Shown here in pieces: positions 19,398-29,973 of a stretch of 64,000 nucleotides of DNA. Both the position numbers and the translations under genes were made by a program. How positions within the stretch are numbered: the first letter of the stretch is position 1; every line of letters begins with the position of its first letter. The DNA is from an uncultured Nitrospira sp. (GTDB lineage: Bacteria; Nitrospirota; Nitrospiria; Nitrospirales; Nitrospiraceae). The notes beneath the pieces are model-generated. The model worked only from the letters and a program-made list of their open reading frames with translations. It ran no database searches and was not told the DNA's origin. The stretch spans positions 975 through 64,974 of the forward strand of contig CABVRO010000005.1 in the NCBI GenBank assembly GCA_902500715.1, written 5' to 3'.

Positions 19398-20657
19398 CTA
19401 CTCCTTGCGATGTGTCCCGGTTTGCACCGCCGGCTTTGTTGACCTACGGCCGGTCGGTAAGGTCAGGACCCGGTCCAAAATGCGGTGCGCGACGTCCCGC
19501 TTGGGTAACTGGGGGAGTTCCTCTACGCTGCCGTCGCGATCCAGGATGAACACGCGATTCGTGTCCGACCCGAAGCCCGCTCCTGCTGCTGTCACGTCAT
19601 TGGCGACCAGCAGATCGATGTCCTTAGCTTGCAGCTTTTCCCGCGCATGGGCAAGCAGATCCTCAGTTTCCGCGGCAAACCCCACCAGCACCTGTGTCGT
19701 CCGCCGTTCGCCCAATTCCTTCAGAATATCCTCGGTCGGTGACAACTCCAGGCTGGTGACGAGACCCCGGCGCTTTTTGAGCTTCTGCGCAACAGGTTGT
19801 GCGGGGCGAAAGTCCGCCACGGCGGCCGCCATGATGACGGTATCGCTCCAGGAAAACCGGCTGATGACAGCCTTGCGCATCTCCTCAGCCGTTGTCACCG
19901 AACACAACTCCACGTCGGCCGGCGGGGGCAGGGCCGTGGGGCCTGAGACCAGCAGGACCTCTGCGCCGCGTGCCCGCGCGGCTTCGGCAAGCGCATATCC
20001 CATCTTTCCGGAGGACCGGTTGGAAATGAACCGCACGGGATCGATGGGTTCCTGCGTAGGCCCGGCGGAAACGAGCAGACGGCGACCGGACCAATCCCGA
20101 CGCGGGTGGAGCGCGGCCTGAAGTGCCGAAAGGATTCGTGCTTCGTCCGCCAGCCGTCCCTGCCCGGAACGGCCAGAGGCCAGCGGGCCCTCTTCCGGTT
20201 CGACGATGACTGCCCCGCGTTGCCGCAGCGTGGCCACGTGCTCGACGACGGTCGGGTGTTGCCACATGTCCCCGTCCATGGCCGGCGCGAAAATCACGGG
20301 ACATTGTGTAGTGAGGAGCATAGTCGAGAGCAGATCGTCGGCCAGGCCAAGCACGGCTTTCGCCAGGCAATTGGCTGTGGCCGGGGCGATCAGGATAGCC
20401 TGCGCCTGCTCCGGCAAGGAGAGGTGCAGCATTTCCTGGTGGGCTTCGAAGAGGTCGGATGCCACGTGAGAACCGGACAACACCTCGAAGGTCAGCGGAG
20501 TCACGAAGCGGCAGGCTCCTGCCGTCATGACGACGTTCACCGTTGCGCCTTCGCGACGGAGTATGCGCAAGAGCCCCACGGCCTTATAAGCGGCAATACT
20601 CCCCGTGACGGCGAGTACAAGACGGACACCGGTGAGTGAGGGGCCGGTGGTCTGCAC
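19398..20657 (-). CDS. coaBC: Bifunctional phosphopantothenoylcysteine decarboxylase/ligase
   Basis: TGSIAAYK, APATAN, PAMD, GPTQEPIDPVRFISNRSSGKMG, AAVADF and GFAAET motifs. Confidence 0.96.
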   Translation of the reverse strand: MQTTGPSLTGVRLVLAVTGSIAAYKAVGLLRILRREGATVNVVMTAGACRFVTPLTFEVLSGSHVASDLFEAHQEMLHLSLPEQAQAILIAPATANCLAKAVLGLADDLLSTMLLTTQCPVIFAPAMDGDMWQHPTVVEHVATLRQRGAVIVEPEEGPLASGRSGQGRLADEARILSALQAALHPRRDWSGRRLLVSAGPTQEPIDPVRFISNRSSGKMGYALAEAARARGAEVLLVSGPTALPPPADVELCSVTTAEEMRKAVISRFSWSDTVIMAAAVADFRPAQPVAQKLKKRRGLVTSLELSPTEDILKELGERRTTQVLVGFAAETEDLLAHAREKLQAKDIDLLVANDVTAAGAGFGSDTNRVFILDRDGSVEELPQLPKRDVAHRILDRVLTLPTGRRSTKPAVQTGTHRKE

Positions 20658-20666
20658 GAAGCGGGG

Positions 20667-21029
20667 CTACTCCTCGCCCTCCGGAGCCAGGGCGGGCTTG
20701 ACGGTATCGTCGACGTAGACGCTCAGCTCTTTCTTGATTTCCTTGGCGTCCTCTCCGGTCATCATGGCCAGGCGTTCCGTCTCACCTTCCTTGACCCGTT
20801 TGGATTCTTTAATGGCCTCGCGGGCTTCCTGTCCGATCAGGAACTTGACCTTGTGTCGAAGGACTTCGTCGAGGGCGATGCTCGTTTCTTTCGTGTACTT
20901 CGATGCCGCTGCCATGCGCGCGCCCTGCACGAGTTGTTTTGCTCGCTGCGCGGCGACGATTACCAACCGATGGCGTGAATCGAACTCGTCGGCGGCGTAT
21001 TCCGGTAACAAACTTAACATTTCACCCAT
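20667..21029 (-). CDS. rpoZ: RNA polymerase omega subunit with C-terminal extension
   Basis: SRHRLVIVAAQRAKQL motif; canonical gmk-rpoZ-coaBC context. Confidence 0.85.
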   Translation of the reverse strand: MGEMLSLLPEYAADEFDSRHRLVIVAAQRAKQLVQGARMAAASKYTKETSIALDEVLRHKVKFLIGQEAREAIKESKRVKEGETERLAMMTGEDAKEIKKELSVYVDDTVKPALAPEGEE

Positions 21030-21738
21030 GATGCAACGGCTCCTTTGATGCGAGGGGGGAGGAGGAATTCCCCTGCTTGCCCTCTTTGTCGAGAATGAAT
21101 TTTTCTTCCAACCACGTCATGTTCAGGCGTTTGGTTTTGATCCGTTCCGCCAGGAAAATGCTTTCGAGCTCTTTCAAGGATTGCTTCAGGTCGTCGTTCC
21201 GGACGATGTAGTAGTACTCCCGGTAGCTCCAGACCTCTTCTTTGGCTTTCTGCAGGCGGCGTTGAATTTCGTCCGGCGAGTCCCCCGCTCTATTCTGCAG
21301 TCTCGTCCGCAAGGTGTCGAACGACGGCGGGAGAATAAAGATATACACGCCGTCTTCAAACTTTTTTTTCACTGAGCGTGCGCCCTGCACATCGATTTCA
21401 AGCAACACGTCGACGCCCTGTTCCATTTTTTCCGTCAGCATCTTGCGCGGTGTGCCGTACAAATTGCCGTAGACGTGCGCCCATTCGACAAACTCATTCC
21501 GATCGATCATCTGGCGGAATGCCGGCTCATCGAGAAAATGGTAGTCCTGCCCATCCACCTCGCCCGGGCGAGGTTTGCGCGTGGTGTACGAGATCGAATG
21601 CCACAATCCGGGGACGTTGGCCGTGATCTGTTTGCACAACGTCGTCTTCCCGCTCCCCGACGGAGCCGAGATGATGAACAAAATGCCACGCCGCACTTGG
21701 GGCGGTTTCTCGTGGGATGAAACGGGCGAGGTACTCAT
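21022..21738 (-). CDS. gmk: Guanylate kinase
   Basis: SAPSGSGKT, SYTTRKPRPGE and YGNLYGT motifs. Confidence 0.96.
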   Translation of the reverse strand: MSTSPVSSHEKPPQVRRGILFIISAPSGSGKTTLCKQITANVPGLWHSISYTTRKPRPGEVDGQDYHFLDEPAFRQMIDRNEFVEWAHVYGNLYGTPRKMLTEKMEQGVDVLLEIDVQGARSVKKKFEDGVYIFILPPSFDTLRTRLQNRAGDSPDEIQRRLQKAKEEVWSYREYYYIVRNDDLKQSLKELESIFLAERIKTKRLNMTWLEEKFILDKEGKQGNSSSPLASKEPLHHG

Positions 21739-21768
21739 AAAGTGTTCGATGCCGGCACAGGGCCGACA

Positions 21769-22647
21769 CTATTCGACATTCTGAACTTGTTCGCGCAATT
21801 TTTCCAGTTCGGCTTTCATTCGGACTACCAACGCGGCGACGTCGGCGTCATTGGCTTTTGAGCCGATGGTATTCACTTCACGCCCCATTTCCTGAAGCAG
21901 AAACTCTAGGGTCTTACCGACCGATTCCTTACTGTGGAGTTGCTGGTCGAACTGTAGCATATGTGACTCAAGTCTGACCAATTCTTCTGAAATGTCAGAA
22001 CGATCGGCAAACACCGCCAATTCCTGTTGGAGCCGGGCCGGATCCGGCAATTCGGCCTGCAACAGGGACTCAATCCGGCCTTTCATGCGCTCAAATGCAT
22101 GCGTGGCCAGTACCGGGGCCTTTTCCGCAACGGTGGACTTGGCCTCCCGGATCGCATCCAGATGGAGAGCCAGGTCTTCGGCGAGCGCCTCCCCTTCCCG
22201 TCGGCGCATCTTCTCCAGGTCTGTCAACGCGCCACCCAGTACCCGCAGCACGGTTTTCGTCAGTTGCCCGGCATCGACCGGCTCATCGGAAACGGAGAGG
22301 ATGTCCCGGAATCCAGCCAGTGTAGAGACCTCCACCGCTCCCCGTAGCCCCAGCGTTTTCTGCAGCTTCTTGAGGGCCGCATGATACTGCTTGGCCAATG
22401 CCTGATCGATCTGCACGGTCTTGAGGCTGCCGCCGGCGGAATGGACCGAAATCGACACGTCGACTCGTCCGCGGAGGCAGCGTTGTTGGATGGTTTTTCG
22501 AACCTGGTCCTCCAGTTGCGCCAACGAGCGGGGCAGTCTGACTGCCACTTCGAGAAAGCGGTGATTGACCGAACGGATCTCCACGGTGACCGCGGCTTTC
22601 TGTGACGTGCCGTCCTTTTTTCCATATCCCGTCATGCTTCGAATCAT
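21769..22647 (-). CDS. yicC: YicC/YloC family endoribonuclease
   Basis: MIRSMTGYG, SVNHRFLE and QEMGREVNTIGSK...EQVQNVE motifs. Confidence 0.95.
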   Translation of the reverse strand: MIRSMTGYGKKDGTSQKAAVTVEIRSVNHRFLEVAVRLPRSLAQLEDQVRKTIQQRCLRGRVDVSISVHSAGGSLKTVQIDQALAKQYHAALKKLQKTLGLRGAVEVSTLAGFRDILSVSDEPVDAGQLTKTVLRVLGGALTDLEKMRRREGEALAEDLALHLDAIREAKSTVAEKAPVLATHAFERMKGRIESLLQAELPDPARLQQELAVFADRSDISEELVRLESHMLQFDQQLHSKESVGKTLEFLLQEMGREVNTIGSKANDADVAALVVRMKAELEKLREQVQNVE

Positions 22648-23315
22648 CGTGCGGTTTTCCCCTTCCAACGGCAATCGGCATAGATCGGACAGTGCCGACA
22701 TTTCGGTGTGCGCGCAAGGCAGGTGTATCGGCCGTGCAGAAGGAGACGTTGCGATCCTTCCGTCCACTGGTCTGCCGGCAGCAAGCGTTGCAGGTCCAAT
22801 TCAATTTTTTCGGGATCCGTATGGCGGGTCAGGTCGAGCCGCCCGGCCACTCGTTTCACATGTGTATCGACCACGATGGCAGGCTTCTCGAATGCGTTGC
22901 CGAGAAGGACATTCGCGGTTTTTCGCCCGACTCCCGGTAGCGTGGTGAGTGTTTCCATCGCATCGGGAACCTCTCCATGAAACCGTTCGGCCACGATCTT
23001 TGCACATTGGATGAGGTTCCTGGCTTTCGTTTTGAAGAAGCCGGTCGGACGAATGAGGGCTTCCAATTCTGCGGGGTCGGCCGACGCGTACTCGTGCGGC
23101 TGTTGATAGCGACGGAACAGATTCGGGGTGACCTGATTCACCCGCTGATCGGTGCATTGCGCCGACAGGATCGTGGCGATCAGCAACTCCCAGGGTGTGC
23201 GATGGTCGAGTTCGACTTTTATTGCCGGTGAGGTCGCGCGTAAGGCGGTCAACATTCGTGCGAGGCGGCGTTTGTCCGTCATACCGGCCGGTTGATCTGT
23301 TGTGGCGGCTTTCAT
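22644..23315 (-). CDS. nth: Endonuclease III
   Basis: LSAQCTD, HhH motif LPGVGRKTAN, VDTHV, and a C-terminal CxxxxxxCxxCxxxxxC Fe-S loop. Confidence 0.96.
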   Translation of the reverse strand: MKAATTDQPAGMTDKRRLARMLTALRATSPAIKVELDHRTPWELLIATILSAQCTDQRVNQVTPNLFRRYQQPHEYASADPAELEALIRPTGFFKTKARNLIQCAKIVAERFHGEVPDAMETLTTLPGVGRKTANVLLGNAFEKPAIVVDTHVKRVAGRLDLTRHTDPEKIELDLQRLLPADQWTEGSQRLLLHGRYTCLARTPKCRHCPIYADCRWKGKTAR

Positions 23316-23348
23316 AATGCGGGGTGGTGGCGGCCAATTGTGAAGAGG

Positions 23349-25043
23349 TCAGGAGTGAGATGCAAGTGCTAGGTCCTGGGGCGGCTGGTCGGGATCTTCT
23401 TCCCGTCCCCGGAGTGCCGGGACGGCGGGCAAGAGGGTTTCGAGGTGCGCGATCAGCGGGCGCAGCGTCTCACGGTTCGGCGCTGAGATTCCGATCGCGT
23501 GATAGCGCTCGCAGAGGACGTCGGCCTCGTGTGTCGAGAGGCGGTCACACTTGTTCAAGACCATCACGCGGGGAATCGTGTCGAGATTGAGCGATTGCAA
23601 GACGGTTTCGACGGCGACGATCTGCTGCTCGACGTTCGGGGCTGAGGCATCGACCACATGCAGGAGTAGGTCGGCATCCCGCAATTCGTCCAGCGTGGTG
23701 CGGAAGGCTCCCACCAGATCTTTGGGGAGATCCCGAATAAACCCTACCGTATCGGTGACAATGACCTCGCGGTCATGGGGAAAGCGAAGTCGGCGGCTCG
23801 TCGTGTCGAGGGTTTCGAAGAGACGATCCTGGGCCTGGATTTGGCTGTGGGTCAGGGTGTTGAGCAGGGTCGATTTGCCGGCGTTGGTGTAACCGACGAT
23901 GGAAAGTATCGGAAGCCCCTGTCGCACACGTCGGGATCGACGTTGATCTTGATGGCGGGCCACGTCGTCGATTTCCCGCTCCAGGTGTGCGATGCGATCG
24001 CGGATGCGGCGGCGATCGGTTTCCAGCTTGGTTTCACCGGGTCCGCGTGAACCGATTCCGCCTCCGAGGCGCGACAAGGAGGTGCCATGCCCGGACAGTC
24101 GCGGCAGAAGATACCGAAGCTGAGCCAGCTCTACTTGAACCTTGCCTTCGCGGGTATGGGCGCGCCTGGCGAAAATATCCAGAATGAGTTGCGTGCGATC
24201 GATTACTTTGAGATCCGTCACCTCGGAAATGGCGCGGGCTTGCGCCGGGGCGAGATCCTGGTCGAAGATCACGAGGTCGGCTCCCTTCTGGAGCGCGCGC
24301 ATCACAACCTCTTTCAGTTTGCCTTTTCCGAGCAAGTATCGCTCGAATCCTTCGTGGGTGCGCTGGGCGATTCGATCCAGCACGCGGACCCCGGCCGATT
24401 CGGCCAGTTCATTCAGTTCTTCCAAATGCTCTTCCTGCTCGGCGTGACTCCTGGGAGCCGCGCTGACCAGAATGGCGGATTCGCTCCCTCCGGCGACGTC
24501 GTGGGTGCTGTCCGCTCGCTGCAAATCGCTATCGAGTCCATGGAGGAAGATGTCCAGTTGAAGGTCCAGATTATGGAACGGAACCGGCTTCAGGAGTCGG
24601 CAGACTTCCCCCTGCTGATTAGGCGGGAGAAGATGCGCCAGATGCAGCAGGCTGGGCTCGCCCTTTTCGTCTACTCCCAGGACCCCGATCAGGTCCAATC
24701 TCAGGAGCGCCAGGTGGGTCAAATCGTCCTGGCTCAGCGGGTCATCGTGGAGATGCGTGCGAATCAACCGAAGACCGCGGAGGGAATGCGATCCGACTCT
24801 GAACTTCGCCAGCGATTCGAAGGTAGGCGCGCAGCCGGCTCCCACGAGTACCTGTTCGACGACCCCGCGGCGAGTGATCAGGAGACCGATAGGACGTCGA
24901 ATGTCCCGTGTCAACTGGCTGGTCGTGCGCGCGAGCTCGGCAGTGAGAACGAGTGAGGACGGCACACGCCGTCGGTAGAGTCGCTCTAATGCCGTAAGGT
25001 GACTGGCTTTGAAGCCTGTGACGTGACCGTGAATTGTAGGGAT
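23349..25043 (-). CDS. hflX: GTPase HflX (long N-terminal type); probable non-canonical ATC start
   Basis: GYTNAGKST, TLDTT, DTVGF and NKCD G motifs; QVELAQL and GPGETKLE motifs. An AAGGAG RBS lies 7 nt before ATC 25043. Confidence 0.9.
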   Translation of the reverse strand: MPTIHGHVTGFKASHLTALERLYRRRVPSSLVLTAELARTTSQLTRDIRRPIGLLITRRGVVEQVLVGAGCAPTFESLAKFRVGSHSLRGLRLIRTHLHDDPLSQDDLTHLALLRLDLIGVLGVDEKGEPSLLHLAHLLPPNQQGEVCRLLKPVPFHNLDLQLDIFLHGLDSDLQRADSTHDVAGGSESAILVSAAPRSHAEQEEHLEELNELAESAGVRVLDRIAQRTHEGFERYLLGKGKLKEVVMRALQKGADLVIFDQDLAPAQARAISEVTDLKVIDRTQLILDIFARRAHTREGKVQVELAQLRYLLPRLSGHGTSLSRLGGGIGSRGPGETKLETDRRRIRDRIAHLEREIDDVARHQDQRRSRRVRQGLPILSIVGYTNAGKSTLLNTLTHSQIQAQDRLFETLDTTSRRLRFPHDREVIVTDTVGFIRDLPKDLVGAFRTTLDELRDADLLLHVVDASAPNVEQQIVAVETVLQSLNLDTIPRVMVLNKCDRLSTHEADVLCERYHAIGISAPNRETLRPLIAHLETLLPAVPALRGREEDPDQPPQDLALASHS

Positions 25044-25068
25044 GGTGGTGCTCCTTGAGAATCGAACG

Positions 25069-26127
25069 TTACGATCTGCGATGCACCGTTCCGCCGCCCG
25101 ACGTTGCCGGCAACGCATAGTTCGGCAGCGCTTCGCACTCGAAGGAGGCCAGCCTACCCTGTTCCAGGGCCCGCTGTCCTGCCGCCGCAATCATGGCTGC
25201 ATTGTCTGTGCAGTATGAGAGGGCCGGGAGGCCCAATTCAATCCCTTCCTCGCCAGCCCGCTTCGTCAATCGTGCTCGCAGCCGGGAATTGGCTGAAACG
25301 CCCCCGACCACGGCGAGGGCTGAGACGCCTGCCTGTCGCACGGCCGCGAATGTCTGGCGGACCAACACGTCCACGATCGCTTCCTGGTATCCGGCGGCGA
25401 GGTCGGCCTGTTGTTGGACGATGGCTTGCTGATCCATGCGCTGGAGGTGATAGAGCAAGGACGTTTTGAGACCGCTGAAACTGAAATCCAGTTGCCCGGT
25501 TCTCACGCGCGATCGGGGAAATCGCACGGCCGCCGGATTGCCTTTTCTGGCTGCGGCGTCGATGAGCGGTCCACCCGGATATCCGAGCCCGAGCATTTGT
25601 GCGCCCTTGTCGAATGCCTCACCAGCAGCGTCGTCGATCGTTCGTCCCATCAGGTGGAAGCCGCCGTGTTCCTTTGCGTGGAAGAGATGCGTGTGCCCGC
25701 CTGAGGCGATCAACACGACGCAGGTTCTGGGGAATGACGGGCGGTCGATCCAGGCTGAGGCAATGTGGCCTTCGAGATGACTCACGCCGACCAGGGGAAT
25801 GCCCAGCGCGTAGGCCGAAGACTTGGCATAACTAATCCCCACCAGCAGGGCGCCGGCCAGGCCGGGACCCTGGGTCACGGCGATGGCGCCGAGATCCTGC
25901 CAAGTGAGACCTGCAGCGGCCAGAGCCTGACGTGTGACGTGATCCACATTTTGAATATGAGCACGCGAGGCCAATTCAGGCACCACCCCGCCGAACCGTT
26001 CATGGACGGTTTGCTGGGAAGAAATCACGTTGGCCAGGACATGCCCTTCACCGTCGAGCACCGCTGCGGCAGTCTCGTCGCAGGATGTTTCGATGCCGAG
26101 AATCGTCGTGGATGCAGGAGGCTTCAT
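25069..26127 (-). CDS. tsaD: tRNA N6-threonylcarbamoyltransferase catalytic subunit
   Basis: GIETSCDET, HLEGH, SGGHT, DDAAGEAFDK, SFSGLKT and DNAAMI motifs. Confidence 0.96.
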   Translation of the reverse strand: MKPPASTTILGIETSCDETAAAVLDGEGHVLANVISSQQTVHERFGGVVPELASRAHIQNVDHVTRQALAAAGLTWQDLGAIAVTQGPGLAGALLVGISYAKSSAYALGIPLVGVSHLEGHIASAWIDRPSFPRTCVVLIASGGHTHLFHAKEHGGFHLMGRTIDDAAGEAFDKGAQMLGLGYPGGPLIDAAARKGNPAAVRFPRSRVRTGQLDFSFSGLKTSLLYHLQRMDQQAIVQQQADLAAGYQEAIVDVLVRQTFAAVRQAGVSALAVVGGVSANSRLRARLTKRAGEEGIELGLPALSYCTDNAAMIAAAGQRALEQGRLASFECEALPNYALPATSGGGTVHRRS

Positions 26128-26280
26128 AGAGAAAACTGCCGACAGGGTGACGGCATGTGAACCTGGTTATGCATGCGCGCGCCATTCCAAGGGGCGAGAT
26201 CAGTCGTAGTGGGCGCACACTGTGACTGGTGCTGTTCGTAAGGAAATCCGGACAACAACTGATCCTGCCGTAAAATGCGA

Positions 26281-26315
26281 CAACCCCCGGATCCGGTTGC
26301 GGACCGCGGGGGTTG
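26281..26315 (-). terminator. Hairpin downstream of clpC, likely a terminator
   Basis: CAACCCCCG / CGGGGGTTG stem, followed at a short distance by a T-run on the minus strand. Confidence 0.45.
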
Positions 26316-26375
26316 CCGGGTGGTCTCTAGGATCTCAACGACGAGTCGATCCTCTCGTAATGGTCTTCGCTCGCG

Positions 26376-28805
26376 CTAGACGCCTGCCATCGCCTCTTGT
26401 TCGATGAAGGCCGGCGCACCGTCGCGCAGCACGACTTTGATCTTCCTGTTTTCCTTGAAGCGACCCTTGATGAGTTCTTCAGACAGGGGATCACCGATCG
26501 CCCGCTGGATGATGCGGCGCATCGGGCGCGCACCGTAGAGCGGCTCGTATCCTTCCTTGATGAGCCACTGCTTCACCTCGTCGTCCACCTCGATGCTGAC
26601 GCTCTTGTCGATCAGGCGGAGATTCAGTTCGTGCAGCAGGATATCCAGGATGTGGATCAAGTGCTCCTTCTCCAGGGAATGGAAGATCACGATTTCGTCG
26701 ATCCGGTTCAAAAACTCCGGGCTGAACGAACGCTTGAGTTCTCCCATCACGTCTTCTTTTCGGCGCAAGGCCTGTCCGCCCTTTTCATCGTTCTGGAATC
26801 CGAGCGACACGCCTTTTTGGATCATCTTCGTGCCGATGTTCGAGGTCATGATGACGACCGTGTTCTTGAAATCGACTTTTCGACCCAGGCTGTCCGTGAG
26901 GACACCGTCGTCGAGCACCTGCAGCAGGACGTTAAACACGTCCGGATGCGCTTTCTCGATTTCGTCGAACAGCACGACCGAATAGGGACGACGTCGAACC
27001 TTTTCCGTGAGCTGTCCGCCTTCCTCGTAACCGACGTATCCCGGAGGGGCTCCGAAGAGGCGTGAACTCGTGAACTTTTCCTGATACTCGGACATATCGA
27101 TCCGGATGAGCGCGTCTTCGCTGTTGAAGAGGAACTCCGCAAGCGTCCTTGCCAACTCCGTCTTTCCGACACCGGTCGGGCCGAGGAAAATAAAGGATCC
27201 GATGGGTTTCTTCGCTTCTTTGAGACCCGCTCTGGATCGACGAATGGCACGCGCCACGGCCGAAATAGCTTCGTTCTGTCCGATGACCCGCTTGTGGAGG
27301 AATTCTTCCATACGGAGCAGTTTATTGGATTCTTCTTCTTCCAACTTGAAGAGCGGGATGCCGGTCATTTTCGACACGACATACGCGACTTCTTCCTTGC
27401 CGATAGTCGGCTTGTGTTGCTCCTGGTTCTTCTTCCACTCCCGCTTGGATTCATCGAGGAGCTTTCGCAGACGCTCTTCTTCTTCGCGATGGCGGACGGC
27501 TTCCTCGAAGTTTTGCATCGAGATCGCCAGCTCTTTGTCGCGAGAAATCTTCTTGAGCTCCTGCTCCAGCGCTTTGAGCTCAGTCGGCAGCGCGTAGGTC
27601 TGCAACTTCGCCCGCGAGCCGGTTTCATCGATCAGATCGATCGCCTTGTCCGGCAGGAACCGGTCGGTGATATAGCGATCCGCCAATTTGACCGCTTCTA
27701 CGATGGCGTCTTCCGTAATTTCCACCCCATGGTGTTCCTCGTATCGGTCCCGCAAACCCTGGATGATCCGCACCGTTTCATCCGTGCTGGGCGGCTGTAC
27801 GTGAATGGGCTGGAACCGACGTTTGAGCGCGCCGTCCTTCTCGATGTGTTTACGGTATTCGTCGAGCGTCGTGGCGCCGATGCATTGAATCTCGCCGCGG
27901 GACAACGCCGGCTTGAGCATATTGGAGGCATCGATAGATCCTTCTGCCGCCCCTGCTCCAACCAACGTGTGCAACTCGTCAATGAAGATAATGATGTTCC
28001 CTGCCTGCACAATCTCCTTCATCACGACCTTGAGGCGCTCTTCAAACTGGCCGCGGTATTTTGTGCCGGCCACCAGTGAGCCCAGGTCGAGTGCGATGAC
28101 GCGACGAGACAGCAGATTGTCAGGGACTTCCGACGCGATGATACGCTGTGCGAGTCCTTCGACGATGGCTGTTTTCCCCACGCCGGATTCACCGATGAGT
28201 ACCGGATTGTTTTTCGACCGTCGGCTGAGAATCTGCAAGACGCGCTCGATTTCGTCCGCGCGCCCGATGACGGGATCCAATTGCCCTTCCTGGGCGAGTT
28301 GGGTCAGGTCGCGTCCGAATTCGTCGAGCGCCGGCGTATTGCTCTTGCGGTCCCGCTCACGCGGCGCAGACTTACGCAGGAAGGTGACGGTGAGTTGCCG
28401 GGCGGTCAGGAGGTTGGCGCCAAGACTCCGGAGAATCTTCCCGCCGATGCCTTCTTCCTCACGAAGAAGACCGAGCAACAGATGTTCGCTGCCGATGTGG
28501 TTATGACCGAGCAACCGGGCTTCTTCAACCCCGTACTCGATGACTTTCTTGACCCGCGGGCTGAAAGGAATTTCCCCGAAGGTCATCGTTGTGCCCCCGC
28601 CCGGGAGATTCCGCTCGATTTCGAGTCGAATCTGCTCGGTGGAGAGCCCCATTTTCTTGAGGATCATCAGCGCAATCCCATCCGTCTCGCGAAGGATGGC
28701 CAACACCAGGTGCTCGGTGCCCAGGTAATCGTTCTGATGGCGCTCGGCTTCTTCACGTGCCAGGATGATGATCTTGCGACCCTTGTCCGTGAACCGTTCG
28801 AACAT
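26376..28805 (-). CDS. clpC: ATP-dependent Clp protease ATP-binding subunit ClpC
   Basis: MFERFT Clp-N domain, two AAA+ modules ([16 protein letters not shown]), short UVR-like middle domain. Confidence 0.95.
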   Translation of the reverse strand: MFERFTDKGRKIIILAREEAERHQNDYLGTEHLVLAILRETDGIALMILKKMGLSTEQIRLEIERNLPGGGTTMTFGEIPFSPRVKKVIEYGVEEARLLGHNHIGSEHLLLGLLREEEGIGGKILRSLGANLLTARQLTVTFLRKSAPRERDRKSNTPALDEFGRDLTQLAQEGQLDPVIGRADEIERVLQILSRRSKNNPVLIGESGVGKTAIVEGLAQRIIASEVPDNLLSRRVIALDLGSLVAGTKYRGQFEERLKVVMKEIVQAGNIIIFIDELHTLVGAGAAEGSIDASNMLKPALSRGEIQCIGATTLDEYRKHIEKDGALKRRFQPIHVQPPSTDETVRIIQGLRDRYEEHHGVEITEDAIVEAVKLADRYITDRFLPDKAIDLIDETGSRAKLQTYALPTELKALEQELKKISRDKELAISMQNFEEAVRHREEEERLRKLLDESKREWKKNQEQHKPTIGKEEVAYVVSKMTGIPLFKLEEEESNKLLRMEEFLHKRVIGQNEAISAVARAIRRSRAGLKEAKKPIGSFIFLGPTGVGKTELARTLAEFLFNSEDALIRIDMSEYQEKFTSSRLFGAPPGYVGYEEGGQLTEKVRRRPYSVVLFDEIEKAHPDVFNVLLQVLDDGVLTDSLGRKVDFKNTVVIMTSNIGTKMIQKGVSLGFQNDEKGGQALRRKEDVMGELKRSFSPEFLNRIDEIVIFHSLEKEHLIHILDILLHELNLRLIDKSVSIEVDDEVKQWLIKEGYEPLYGARPMRRIIQRAIGDPLSEELIKGRFKENRKIKVVLRDGAPAFIEQEAMAGV

Positions 28806-28894
28806 CCCGCCTCCTTATGGTGATGGGGTCTGTAAGAGAAGCCTTAGCTGAGTGATTTCATGCAGGTCAAAGGCTCGAAAACACTGATGGTGTG

Positions 28895-28923
28895 ATTCTA
28901 ACTAGCGCAATATGGGGTGTCAA
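28895..28923 (-). promoter_or_regulatory. Sigma70-like promoter for clpC (TTGACA-N17-TAGAAT)
   Basis: Near-perfect consensus. Confidence 0.75.
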
Positions 28924-29012
28924 GGTATTGAGAGAAACGCGGGCGTCGCGCTGCGACTGGTGAAACCGCGGCGCGCGCGAAGGAGGAAATCTCCTTCGCG
29001 CTGTATGCTCGT

Positions 29013-29042
29013 TTGACAGTAAAAGAATCATCCCGATACAAT
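29013..29042 (+). promoter_or_regulatory. Sigma70-like promoter for nadK (TTGACA-N18-TACAAT)
   Basis: Near-consensus hexamers about 50 bp upstream of the ATG; divergent from the clpC promoter. Confidence 0.65.
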
Positions 29043-29091
29043 CCCGCACCTTTCAACCGGCTTCTCATCTCCTCGCGACACGGTCTCTTGT

Positions 29092-29952
29092 ATGAAGAGT
29101 AAGAGCATCGGCATCCTGACAAAACCTAAATTTCCGGAAGTGAAAAGCACCGTGCAAGCCGTGGTCACATGGCTTCGTTCCCGGAACATCGACGTTCTCC
29201 TGGATACGACCGCAACGACTTTGCTTGGCGAGTCAGGCGGCTTTCAAAAAACCCATCTCGCCAGTAAGGCCGATGTTTTGCTCGTGTTGGGAGGCGACGG
29301 CACGATGCTCAATGCGGCGCGATTGGCCGGCGAGCGCGGCATTCCGATTCTCGGTGTGAATATGGGCGGTCTGGGATTTTTGACCGAAGTCGTCTTGGAG
29401 AATTTGTACCCGTCGCTTGAGCGGGTGTTCGCAAACGATTTCGTGCTCGATGAGCGACTGATGCTGAAGACGCATGTTCATCGGCACGGCGAAACGGTCA
29501 CCCGCGGTGTGGTCTTAAACGACGTCGTCATCAGTAAAGGCACGCTCGCACGGATGATTGAACTCAAGATCGCGATTCAGGGGCAGTTTGTGACGAACCT
29601 GCGCGGCGACGGTCTGATCATCAGCACCCCGACCGGATCGACCGCCTATTCGCTTTCAGCCGGCGGGCCTATCATCAATCCCGCGGTCCCGTCGTTGATC
29701 CTGACGCCGATCTGCCCGCATACGCTGACACATCGACCGTTGATTGTCCCTGCCAGCGCAGAAATCGAAGTGGCCCTGACCAGTAAAGACGACGGGGCGA
29801 TGGCGACGCTCGACGGCCAGGTCGGGGTGGCGTTGACTCAGGGCGACACGGTGGAAATCCGGGCCTCCGAGCACATGACCAGACTGATTCGTTTCCCGGA
29901 GAGTAGTTATTACGTGGTGCTGCGGGAGAAACTGAAATGGGGCGACGGGTAA
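29092..29952 (+). CDS. nadK: NAD kinase
   Basis: GGDGT, GVNMGGLGFL, LND and STPTGSTAYSLSAGGP motifs. Confidence 0.96.
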   Translation: MKSKSIGILTKPKFPEVKSTVQAVVTWLRSRNIDVLLDTTATTLLGESGGFQKTHLASKADVLLVLGGDGTMLNAARLAGERGIPILGVNMGGLGFLTEVVLENLYPSLERVFANDFVLDERLMLKTHVHRHGETVTRGVVLNDVVISKGTLARMIELKIAIQGQFVTNLRGDGLIISTPTGSTAYSLSAGGPIINPAVPSLILTPICPHTLTHRPLIVPASAEIEVALTSKDDGAMATLDGQVGVALTQGDTVEIRASEHMTRLIRFPESSYYVVLREKLKWGDG

Positions 29953-29973
29953 GGAACGTCGAGGTTGGCGCGG

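Noticed and set aside
25044-25190. ORF-track N-terminal extension of hflX
   Set aside because: It overlaps tsaD by about 120 bp, reads as off-frame sequence, and lacks an RBS.
28806-28930. Search for CtsR or CIRCE operators at clpC (and at hsp20, 33667-33800)
   Set aside because: Only a single GGTCAAA half-site; no TTAGCACTC-N9-GAGTGCTAA found.
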